A DNA stretch of 64,000 bases from Octopus sinensis (taxonomy: Eukaryota). The translations under genes and the position numbers were made by a program. The DNA is taken from positions 105,338,001 to 105,402,000 of the forward strand of contig NC_043006.1 of assembly GCF_006345805.1 (NCBI RefSeq), in the 5' to 3' direction. Shown here in pieces: positions 52,789 through 64,000 of the stretch; the first letter of the stretch is position 1, and each line of letters begins with the position of its first letter. The notes below the pieces were generated by a model. The model saw only the letters and a program-made list of their open reading frames with translations. It did not search any database and had not been told where the DNA came from.

Positions 52789-53350
52789 GTATTATTCATG
52801 TATGGATTAGTCCGTGGCTTCGAAAGTTGGTCTAGGTGGAGCGCTGGACCCTTGAGCAAAGGACTTCATTTCACGTTGCTCAGCTGAAAAGGTTAACCTT
52901 TTGGTTAACACTGCAACAAACTAACAGTCCAGTCAGTAGGGAGTTTTGTGGTCTCTGTTGAAACCTCTTGATAATCCAGCTTAGCCCTGAGTCTGAGAAG
53001 ATTCGAAACAAAAAAGACAAAAAAGAAAAAAGGAAAGATATACGAGAAAATGAAATAATTCTATCATATCTGCCAACGTAATGGTGTGCTGGGCTCTAGC
53101 CGAAGAGGTTTTGATTATTGAATGAGACACAAGCGACATTACGAAAAAAATCAAGGACCTTCAAATAGTATATCAGATAAGAATGACTACGAGATTAAGG
53201 GATAACGTAGCAGTGGTAGAGTGGACAGGGAGGAGAGGGACAGTCTGTGTGAAATAATGAATAGGTGAGTAAACTATTATTCGTTACTTGTGTGTCATTT
53301 TTGATGTGGATTAGAATATTTCAATATTAGCAATTCTGCAGTTTTAGGTA

Positions 53351-53472
53351 CAGTCGTGGTCCAAACTCTGAAAATTAGAATATATAAGTTGTATATATTT
53401 GAATCGAATTGTACTAGGGTATAACAATTTTAAGTTTAAAAAAAAATGTCCCAAACTTTTTAGCCACGACTG
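53351..53472. mobile_element. Short Tc1-like MITE
   Basis: TA|CAGTCGTGG ... CCACGACTG|TA termini. Confidence 0.6.
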
Positions 53473-53944
53473 TATGTAACCATTTGTGTACGAGTGTGTG
53501 TTTACGTTCCTATGTAAAAAAAAAAAATGAGCTGGTATTTATTTCATTGACCCGAAAGGATAAAAGGCAAAAATCGACATCAGCAGAATTTGAACCTAGA
53601 ATGTAGAAACGGGCGAAATGCCGTTTAGCAATTCATCCGGCAAATCAACGAGTCAGTCAGCTGGCTGCTTGTATATGCGCGAAAGATAGGTAAGTGTAAA
53701 TATGAATGAAAAGAAAAAGAGGGAACGAGATGTGTGGGATGAGTATGAGGAAATGTGAGAGAGTGAGCGATGCGTGAGTGTAGAAGAAAGGAAGTGAGAG
53801 AAAGTGAGAGAGTGGGAGAAAGAGAGAAGGAGAGAAAAATAGAGAGAAAACGAGGGATAGAACGAGGAGAAGGCAAAGGGCAAGAACGAATATAAAAGGT
53901 AAGCAGTAAGAAAGTGAGAGAAAAGAGAGGGAGAGTGTGTGTGT

Positions 53945-53960
53945 GAAAGTAGTAGTAGTA

Positions 53961-54021
<61 letters not shown>

Positions 54022-54330
54022 GATGGTGGTGGTGATGGTGGTGGTGGTAGTAGTAGTAGGAGGAGGACGAGGAGGACGAGGAGGACGAGGAGGACGAGGG
54101 GGACGAGGACGAGGACGAGGAGGAGGTCGACGAAGCGGACGAGGAGGAGGACGAGGAGGAGGACGAGGACGAGGAGGGGATAAGTAGGAGGAGGGGGAGA
54201 AGGGCGAAGGGAAGGAGGGTGAAGGGAGGGAGGAATAGGAGGAGGGGAGGGAGAGGCAAAGGAGGTTCAGAAGGAAGTGGATGAGGAGGAAGTGGAGGAC
54301 AAGGAGGAGGTGGGAATAGGTAATCCGTTT
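53945..54330. repeat. Compound trinucleotide microsatellite (AGT)n-(GGT)n-(GGA/GAC)n
   Basis: Directly visible; it explains the spurious low-complexity ORFs at 53653-54345. Confidence 0.9.
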
Positions 54331-54415
54331 ATGTAGAAAGATCAAGTGCCAGACAGGGGTGGGGGGAGAGGTGATAGCGAAAAGAAATAGATAACGTGTG
54401 TGTGTGTGTGTGTGT

Positions 54416-54455
<40 letters not shown>

Positions 54456-54952
54456 CAATGGGAGCAAAGGGAGAGAATCAATGAAGCGAAAAACGATGAC
54501 AAAGCACTTCTAAAAAAGAAGAGAATCACAGAGAGAGAGAGATAGAGAAAGAAAAGGTAAGAGTGAAGGAGAGAGAAACAGAGAGTGAGTGACACAATGC
54601 GTGTATGTGTGTATATGTATATCTATATGTCTACTTGTGTGTCTGTGTACATGTCTGTTTGTGTGCGTGCAGACATAATACACATATTTATATATATACA
54701 CATAAGTGCATATAGAGACATACAGACACACACCCATCCACACACACACATGTAGGAATGTAAATGAAGGTGCTGATGGAGGAGTTTGTCCTGTTTAGGC
54801 GTCCATTTCGTATTTTCGGTGGATATAACAACACGGAAGCGAGGATAAACACCAGCAGACAGACAGACAGACAGACAGACAGGCAGGCAGGCAGGCAGAC
54901 AGACAGACATACAGATAGATAGATAGATAGACAGATAGATAGATAGATAGAC

Positions 54953-55033
<81 letters not shown>

Positions 55034-55042
55034 CATAGATAC

Positions 55043-55079
<37 letters not shown>

Positions 55080-55374
55080 CCACAAAGGTTTATGAGTCCC
55101 TTGGCTACGATAGTTATGCTAATGACAATAATTGAGACAGAAACACGTGTTCACAACTGTCTTCTAAAATCTTCGAACAATATGCTTCCCAACTGTATGG
55201 TCCGGAGTTCAATCCCATGGCGTGCCCCCACCAATCAATGTCTTGTAAATGCATTTCGTAGACGGAAAGTGAAAGAAACCCAAAGTATACATGTGTGTGT
55301 GTGTGTGTGTGTGTATGTGTGTGTGTGTGTGTATGTGTCTGTGTGTGTAAATGTGTGCGTGTATCTATGAGTGA

Positions 55375-55700
55375 AGACGCATGGCTCAGTAGTTAGAGCG
55401 TCAAGCTTACGATCATGAGGTTGTGAGCTCGAATCCCGTGTTGTGTTCTTCAGCAAAACACTTTATTTCACGTTTCTCCAGTTCACTCAGCTGTAAAAAT
55501 GAGTTGCGGCGTCACAGGTGCCAAGCTGTATCGGCCCCTTTGCCTTTCCCTTGAATAACACTGTGGCGTGGAGAGGGGAGGCCGGTATGCATGGGCGACT
55601 GCTGGTCTTCCATAAAACAACTTTGACCGGACTTGTGCCTGGGAGGGTAATTTAGGTGCAATCCCATGGTCTGTGTCGTGACCGAAGGGGGTCTCAGTAT
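55375..55700 (+). mobile_element. tRNA-derived SINE, family A
   Basis: tggctcagtagttag head, shared body. Confidence 0.75.
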
Positions 55701-56169
55701 TTATGAGTATGTGTCTTTGAGTTCCAGTTTGTCTCCTATTATTGCTTGACAACAGGCGGTGGGCTGTTTACTTCTGCGTAACATAGCGGCTTGGCGAAAA
55801 ACACCGAAAGGATACGTACTAGGCTTAAAAACATAGATACTGGGTTCAGTTCGTTCGACTAAAAATTTCAAGGGCAGTGCCCCAGCATGAACGCAGACCA
55901 ATAAGTGAAACACTTAAACACACACACACGAGTTTTTTTTTTATTCTATCTCCGTTTATTTTCTCTTATTCCTTTCTGTTGAAGAGCATAGGCTCGAAAC
56001 GTGAAAGACTTTCTCACTTTCCCGAGCGTCAAACTAACACACCTGCTTGTTGTTCATATACCTGTCTTCGTCTTTTGTTTTTCCGTAAATTTCAGCAGTA
56101 AATATAGTATATATTTGATTTGATCTAGTTTCAGCTCATGAGCTGTGGCATTATATATATATATATATT

Positions 56170-56288
<119 letters not shown>

Positions 56289-56820
56289 AGAGAGAGAGAG
56301 ACAGACAGACAGCAGAAAGAGTGAGAGAGAGAGAGAGAGAGAGAGGGACAGACAGACAGACAGACATAGAGTGTAGGGTAGAAGAGAAAGTTTAGCACGA
56401 GCAAATTGACATTTATTGTATTTTTCTTTTTTTTTTCTTATGTGTATTTAATATATTTATTTATGACTTTCCAGATGAGAGATATTGAACAGCGCGAGGT
56501 GGAGAGTCGCATTTAAGCTATTTGTAATAAACTAAAAGAAATCCAAGAAAAAAAAAGATGATGAAAGCAATAAAACTGCCGCACAAATACTAAGGTTGAA
56601 ACAAACGAACAAATATCTCCACTCTGTCCTTAACAAATATTAACTGAACTGAAGGAGGGCATCGAAGCAGAAACAAATTCAGTTTGCTTTTATCGTCGGT
56701 TACGCTTTTCGCCTAATTTTATTAATTATTGTCGAAAATGTGAGTATGAATGGCGTGAATGGCCTACGTAAACGGGCATGCACTTAAGTTTACCAAAGAG
56801 GGCAGAGATCATGTGGCGGA

Positions 56821-57200
56821 GAGGGCACAAGTTCTTGGTAATTAGGTTATTCCTGTATCTGTGGGTAGAGCTGGATTAAAGTTAACTGATTCCCTTACTA
56901 CGACTCAACAGTTATAGCTCCAAATGCTCCAAATGTTTATGATCTAACTGAAAAGATACCACAAGAGAGCAGGAAAAAAAGCAACAGCTAGCTGTCAGTC
57001 TTGTAGCTGTGAGGGCACAAGTCTTGATAATTAGGTTATTCCTGTATCTGTGAGTAGAGCTGGATTAAGGCTAACTAATGCCCTTACCACGACTCAACAG
57101 TACTGACTCCAAATAATCGAAATTTTCATGATCGAACTGGGCTGGCAACACACCTGGACAAAACAGCAGAAAAAAAGAACTGCTGGTTGTCAGTTGTAGA
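56821..57200. repeat. Diverged direct duplication, period 190 bp
   Basis: gagggcacaag...ttaggttattcctgtatctgtg..tagagctggattaa at 56821 and 57011. Confidence 0.85.
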
Positions 57201-57939
57201 TGCCACATCCTGTACTTTTCTTAATTAATTTAGATGTCCGTGTAGTCGGGAGCACTACACTCTAGTCACTTTGACGACTCTCCCACCTAAGATCCTGCAA
57301 AACATTCTGATAGAGACAGCTGCACCGGCACCCAGCTGGTGCTCAACTGCAACCGAGCAGACTAAAGCAACGAGAAATGAAATCCTTGCGTTGCCAATAG
57401 TAGGAATGGAACCCAATAACTTCATGATCAAAAACCCAATGTCCTAACCACTAGGCACACACCTTCACAAGGCATAGTAAATGCTAATGTAAAATAATTT
57501 ATTATCAAAAAATTCAGTTTTCTCCCAGGCCTTCTAACAGGCTACGCCCAACAACTGTTAAACAACGTTGTGGTTTTTATTATTATTATTTGTTTAATGA
57601 TATAATCAATTTTTATAACTAGGGCAACAGAATGCAATATGAATATGAATTTCCACCATAGATTCATTTATCTAGCTGCTTCTAATTTAGGCACCTCGAT
57701 TTGGGAAGGACAAGATTAGGCGATCATACTCCTCCCAAGACAAGAAAGGCACTTTGTTTTAAACTGCCCCAATCAAATGAAAAAGCAAAGCTGACCTCGG
57801 CGGCATTTGATTTCACTTAGTAAAGAGCTGAAAGAAAAAGTACCGGAGTGAATTTGTTGCAATAAACCACTTCAAGTTGGTATTCCAGCATGGCCTCAGC
57901 CAAATGACTGAAACAAGTAAATGATAAAACACGTGTAAA

Positions 57940-58645
57940 TTTCGTTTTGGGATTTGGTTTGCAAGTTTCTTTATGTGAGTTCGTGTGTTGAAGCATGTTC
58001 TGTTGTGTCTACGGAGAGTCAGTCTCTTTTGGTGCTTTATAATTCAACTCAATCAACGGTAAAATTTCCTCTTATTTTTTATTTTTCGAGAATTTTTCTT
58101 GCTTCTTGCAATCTTCTCAATAGTTCTGACTCTCTCCGTTACCCACACTGCGTTCCTTTTTGTTTGTGCGCATGTGTGTGGATCAGTGTGTGTGTGTGTG
58201 TGGCTATACATGCATGCATGTATGCATGTATGTATGTATGCAATTGTATGTATGCATGTATATGTGTGTGTGTGTGCATATATATATATGTATGTGTGTA
58301 CATTTGTATGTCTGTATTCTGCATAGTCATGTGTTTTCATATCCGTGTATGTGTGCATGCGTGTGTGTATGTGTTTGTATGTGTGTGTGTATCTCTATCC
58401 CCTTGTGTGTGTATGTCTGTATGTGTGTGTTTTGCAAATATGTACCGTGTTTGTATGTATGGATGTGCATCTCCACACGTGTGGACACGTGTCTCCATAT
58501 GTGTCCTTGTGTGAAGTAATGTGTGTATGTATATATGGTCATGTGTTTCAGTTTCCATTTGCGTGTGTGTGCTTCTCTGTTCGTATAACCTAGGTACCTA
58601 TCCGTCTGTACATTGATCTGTTTACTTTCATATCAATATGCTTAC

Positions 58646-58678
<33 letters not shown>

Positions 58679-59995
58679 CGTATACCCCCCCACACATACA
58701 TACATTTATCTACATAACAGCCCACTAACTATTCTACTCTTCTTGTATAACCTGTGGGTATGGGAGTAGGTATGATATCTACTATGTATATTTCCTATTT
58801 GGTATTGGAGAAGTTTTATTTATGAGGACGTACTCCCGTTTTTGTCTGAGTGTTGGGTGCTTGGATAAGATGCGGATCTCAAGTTGACCCAGGTTGCCTC
58901 CATGCTAGTCCTTGGCATGTTGGTAGAGTATGGAGGACTGTTTTTTTATCGTCGTATTGTCTCAAATGTTTATTTAGTCTTTCCGCAATGCTCCTAGATG
59001 TCCCGCCTATGTATGTCATGTCTTTACAAGCAACTTCTATGCATATTACGCTGTTGACTACATTTTTAGTTCTATAGTTAATGCCAAGGATAATCCTACA
59101 TACCATGCATTTATCATTGGTGCATATGGTATTCTTAAACGGGTACGTCCTACATAGTTGTGATCTGACGGAGTTCCCTGGCTTTTCAACAATCTTAATG
59201 TTTAGTTTGGTCTCCTTCAGAGCTTTTCTAAATCTACGGGCTAGCTCTCCATGGGTTGTGGCCTCTACAAACATCACTCCTTGATATTTGTCGGTTTTAT
59301 ACCATGTGTTCGTCCCTGTTTGCTTTGTCACAAGTTCTTTGCATCCTATTCCAGTCTTTGTTTATATATCTGGGGAAGGTACCACTGCTACCATTACGTA
59401 TAATGAAACACATGACCATATATACACACACACTTTACCTCACACAAGGACACATACGGAAACACACGTCCACACACATATGGAGATGCACATCCATAAC
59501 ACAATCACGGAACATAGTTGCAACACACACACATGTACTCAGACATGTACACACAAGAAGACAGAGGTACACACACACATATGCAAACACACACACACAC
59601 GGGCATGCAAACACATGAATACGAAGAATACATACACACAAATGTATACACATACATAATTATATACATATGCACACGCACATACATGCATACACACACA
59701 CACATACACACACATACATACATACATACATACATACATACATACATACATACATACATGCATATATAGACATGCATATATAGACATGCACACACTGATC
59801 CACACACATGCGCACAAACAAAAAGGAACGCAGTGTGAGTAACGGACAGAGTCAAAACTATTGAACAGGTTGCAAGATGCAAGGAAAATTCTAGAAAAAT
59901 AAAAAAAGTAAGAGGAAATTTTACCGATGGGTGTGTTAAATTATAAGGCACCAAAAGAGACTGACTCTCCCCGGACACAGCAGAATATACGTGTA
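57940..59995. mobile_element. Long inverted-repeat (foldback-like) element enclosing the PLE endonuclease fragment
   Basis: ~58000-58580 and ~59400-59990 are diverged reverse complements, including unique sequence (gagagtcagtctc...gtgcgcatgtgtgtggatcag). An internally deleted relative lies at ~27555-27780. Confidence 0.7.
58860..59340 (-). mobile_element. GIY-YIG endonuclease fragment of a second PLE family
   Basis: ORF 58879-59331 contains CTNDKCMVC...TKNVVNSVICIEVACKDMTYIGGTSRSIAERLNKH, the PLE Cys linker followed by a GIY-YIG motif. Confidence 0.75.
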
Positions 59996-60411
59996 AATAT
60001 TTTACCGATTCGCAATATATGTAGATCTGGGATGAAAATATCACCGAAAAATCCTAAAGAATCCAAGCTGTTGCATTTCAAATGAATTCCTTTGTGATAT
60101 TTATCCTCGAGGCCAGAGTGCCAAGTTAGTGCCTATCACAGGAGAAGTACAGCAAACCAGTAATTGGGCCGTTGGCGATTTGTTGTTAATGACGTAATTG
60201 CTTACCAATCCATATATGAAATACACATAAATATCAACTTTACTATTTGCACCAGATGTGACCTGGTGCCAGGGTTATAACGAATGGTTATTCTTGCCGT
60301 TGACTTCGATTTCGAAGAAGACGACCACAGCAGCGATGATACTGTGTTCTGTTACTACTGTTTATTCGGCTCTGGTCTTGTTGAAATTTTGCAAACACAC
60401 GCGCACGCACG

Positions 60412-60458
<47 letters not shown>

Positions 60459-62808
60459 GCACACACACACACACACACATACACACATGACATCTCCCAT
60501 CTAAAGTGGGTGTTGTGTTAGAACAGAGTGTACTGCATTATTTTCCATGAGAGAACCGCTCATATGTACTCGTAGTGCATAAAAGCTCTCAGATTTACAT
60601 GGTTGACTGGTGATAAGCGTCAGCTACTATCACTGGAACAACCAGATCACGTACTTTGGTGCTTTCTGAACAGACGTCCAGCAGGGGCACAGCAGCTGAT
60701 TCTCGCCCTCAACGGTATATAGAATATCAATCGTTTTTTCAGGTACTGGTATCGTAAATAGTTTGTGGAGTTATTGAATATTCATTGATAGCACCACAAT
60801 CCCTATGAGAAATCTTCTCACTGTAAAAAGCGCAATATTTTGAGTTCTAACTTTAAGTGGGAAATAAATATCACATTTTGGTGCTAATACTGCTTCTGTC
60901 CCTTTTATTTTTTAATAAGCCCCCATGTTATTTGCAATAGCAGCGTTTTTATGGACACGGATATCACCCATTAATGATATTATCACGTGTGCTTTTATGC
61001 AATACGATTCCATATAATAGAAAATAAGACAGTATTCTGTGTTCTAATGCAACATCAACTTTCAGAGAATAAATGCTCAACACCGCACTGGTGGATAAAA
61101 TTTCTACTTTCGTGTATTACGGCTACATTGGTTTCATGTTGAGAAAAATAGCATAATATCATAATGGAATTGTAAGTACAATATGCAAATTATGGGAAAG
61201 CAGTGATGATGTGATTTAGTCATTAACAATCTTGCGGTGACAAGGTTTGTGGAATACAAATTCAAAGGTCCTCGCCCAAAATGGCAGTGCATAGGAGTAT
61301 CAAGATTATCGAACCTAGTGACTGACCTTTATGCTGATTTAGAAATCCTCATAAGCTGAGTAATATTTTGGCTATCAACAAAGCAGGCATCACATGAATT
61401 GAGGAAATGGAACCGTTCAGAAAGAGGTTACACGAAATAATTAACTCTAAAGAGATCCCAATTTCTTTACTAGATTACATCGATGATAGAACCACCAGGC
61501 CTTTGACACTGCAGGTTACAGTCCTGTGCATAAGAAATAAAGAAAGTTTTCCAGTGAATGCAGAAGATATAACTCCGTTAAAACTACTGATGGTAAGAGC
61601 CATCAGCATGAAGTGGGGTTCCAATGACATGATGCATCCTCTATCAGGACATTATTACTACCCATCACGGTCTTGGTTCAACATGCATATATTCACTTGG
61701 TTTTGCCGCCATTTCATTCCTGTAATGCTGATATCCCACGAAAATGTTTTCAAAGTTTGGTTGTTGAGATAAATGTGCTACTGTTTTACAATGAACCTGA
61801 CCCCTCCAAATGTCCGTCAACTTATCAGTAACGATAGTAAATTAAGGGGCATTCTCTTGCCACATTCCCTATGTAGCCAATAGTTGTTGAAGACATAATT
61901 GTCACCAACGAAGATATTTGGACGGAGAGCGCATGTTGATAGAAGAGTGAAATTACATGAAGCCAAAGTATTCACGTTATCATCAAGAACCACCGCCTCG
62001 ATTCTGCAATATTGAACTTAACAAATTCATGAATGTTCAGAAGAATACATCTCCAACTAATACATATCATACAGGGAAAAACAATTTTTTACAATATGGA
62101 GGGTCAATATGACTGTGAAGTACTCAAGGAGTGTGCTTTTCATCGTATAATTCTGAGAGCAGGAGAAATAGGTGTCACATAAGACGATGTCAGAACCTAG
62201 AAAAAAGGATATAAAGTGTAATCCTGGATACCAAGTATTAGCAGAAGAAATTGCAGATGAAGTTCTTGTCAGTGACGGCAGAGATACGGAGGATGTTGTA
62301 GGCGAGGAACCATTGCCCAGATATTTCAACTTCATGTCTTTATAACAATTTTTTGTACTTTGACTTGTCAACAGAAGCTGATTTTCAGCAATATTATCAA
62401 CACCTTAGAGTCAAGAGGGAATTCTTCATTATTCGGAGTTACAGCAGCTATTAAGCCAGTAATAATCTCGATGACGCTGCCCACGCTGCCTCATTCCCTA
62501 CCACTTCTCAATCGCCTTAGGATTTTAGGAATGAGATGCAAAAACCAGGGAAACGTCATATCTGTAATTCATAACGATAAGATATCACTTCCACCTCTAC
62601 AACCGACTCCACCACATCGAGTTCATATTATATCTACAATAGGTAATTGAAATTAACAATTTACGGTATTAACTTAATTTTTAAATACTCTAATGATAAA
62701 GAATGTTATAAACTATATACTTATATGCTTTATATAGTAATCTTCTGTAATTTTCTGTAATTACTATTTAGCCTGTTCATCGTAAAATGTAATTAGAAAG
62801 CCCACATG

Positions 62809-62844
<36 letters not shown>

Positions 62845-64000
62845 AACACACATGCACACACACACATACATATATATACACACATACACATACATGCACA
62901 TATACATATAAATATACATATACATAAACACACACACACACATATATATATATACACACATATACATATACACACACATATATATATATACATATAGACA
63001 TATATATGTGTGTGTGTATGATACTGTCGCCACAGAGGAAGTGACTTTGTGATTTATTCCCACATCATATCGTTTCCAAAGATATCTCTCATAAAGCCGT
63101 AACCTTCTGCCTGTGCTTTTCACGCAGCCTATAACCAGTATTAAGTTTTCTAATCTGTAGATTATCGATTGAGAGAACTTTAGTTGCTACTTCTTGTTTG
63201 CAGCCCTTTCAGCTGTGTGCGAAGTATGTTGAATCATAATGGTCTCAAATCCACATCAGAGTTTCTAAACCATCACGGACTTACCATTTGGACGGAGTGG
63301 TTTAATTTGAGTTTCTGCCTATTTTTAAAAAGTAGCGTTACTTTGACTGACACTGTCATTAACTCTGGAATATGAGTTTTTTGATTTCTCTCCCCTCGAC
63401 GTATTTATACTATATTAAGAGTTTACTTCCATCACATTTGATGTAGAGAGCATATATATTACTATTCACCAGTAATGATATCGCAACATATGACCTGCTA
63501 GAAATATCAGGAAACTTTCCCTCGTGTCATACGCTCACGATATTTCAAAAATAAAGAGAAGGAACATAAATATACACTGCTTGAATGCCCATGATTAGGG
63601 CTGACCTAGGGCTAAATCTACAAAAGCAAACTTAGTAAGAACAAACAAAAAAATGAAAACAACTTTCCTAGCAATAAGCAGTTTAAGCGAGATATTTTGT
63701 GTCCAGGTGTAAAATTGTTCAGTCTATTTACATCAAATTATATAATTATATAATTATATATATCAACTCCCATAGAAACGTACAGCAAAAAAGATACGAT
63801 TGTATCATCTAAGGACTGACACTATAATTTTTAAGTATTTTAAGCTATGAGAAAAACAAAGCTACTTGTTTATATATATATATATATTAATATAGGATGA
63901 AGTTTCTTCACCGAAAAAGACTTCATCAGCGAGTAAATAATATTGACGATTTAAAAGTCTGTTATAAGCATATTGGCATAGGAATAATTTTCTTTAGCCT

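Noticed and set aside
53653-54345. 200-230 aa Pro/Thr/Ser/His-rich ORFs
   Set aside because: Translations of compound microsatellites.
56460-56730. Acceptor-like ttccag followed by a short ORF, and a TAAT-nnn-ATTA paired-homeodomain site near 56713
   Set aside because: The ORF is 13 codons with no homology I recognise, and such sites are expected by chance in AT-rich DNA.
57954-60044. Long Cys/Val/Tyr/Met-rich and His/Thr-rich ORFs
   Set aside because: Produced by degenerate (TG)n/(CA)n tracts.
63896-63930. CTGATGA...GAAA motif on minus
   Set aside because: It forms a simple local hairpin; hammerhead helices II and III do not assemble.

Overview
AT-rich, microsatellite-saturated animal genomic DNA. 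The SINE families and repeat landscape look like Octopus (inferred from memory of those repeats, not from a search). The only clear host gene is the terminal coding exon of a PRD-class homeobox gene of the Uncx/unc-4 family on the minus strand (13463-12435). I found no upstream exon, so most of the window to its right is probably one large intron. That region holds an apparently intact SRP (7SL) RNA gene (29666-29963), Penelope-like element (PLE), CR1, RTE-like, mariner and Helitron-like fragments, MITEs and many tRNA-derived SINEs. The standout is a ~7.2 kb array (14115-21359) of ~470 bp units. Each unit carries a type I hammerhead ribozyme fold: 5 copies on the minus strand and 10 on the plus strand, joined back to back at ~16591 and flanked by (TA)n. 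This is the layout of a non-LTR retrozyme, and it starts ~650 bp from the Uncx splice acceptor, with five ribozymes in the same sense as the pre-mRNA. Other unrelated hammerheads occur at 43255, 46829, 5084/6190/50296 and 31372, and the last four share a compensatory U3-A8 core. All folds were worked out by eye; none has been computed or tested.
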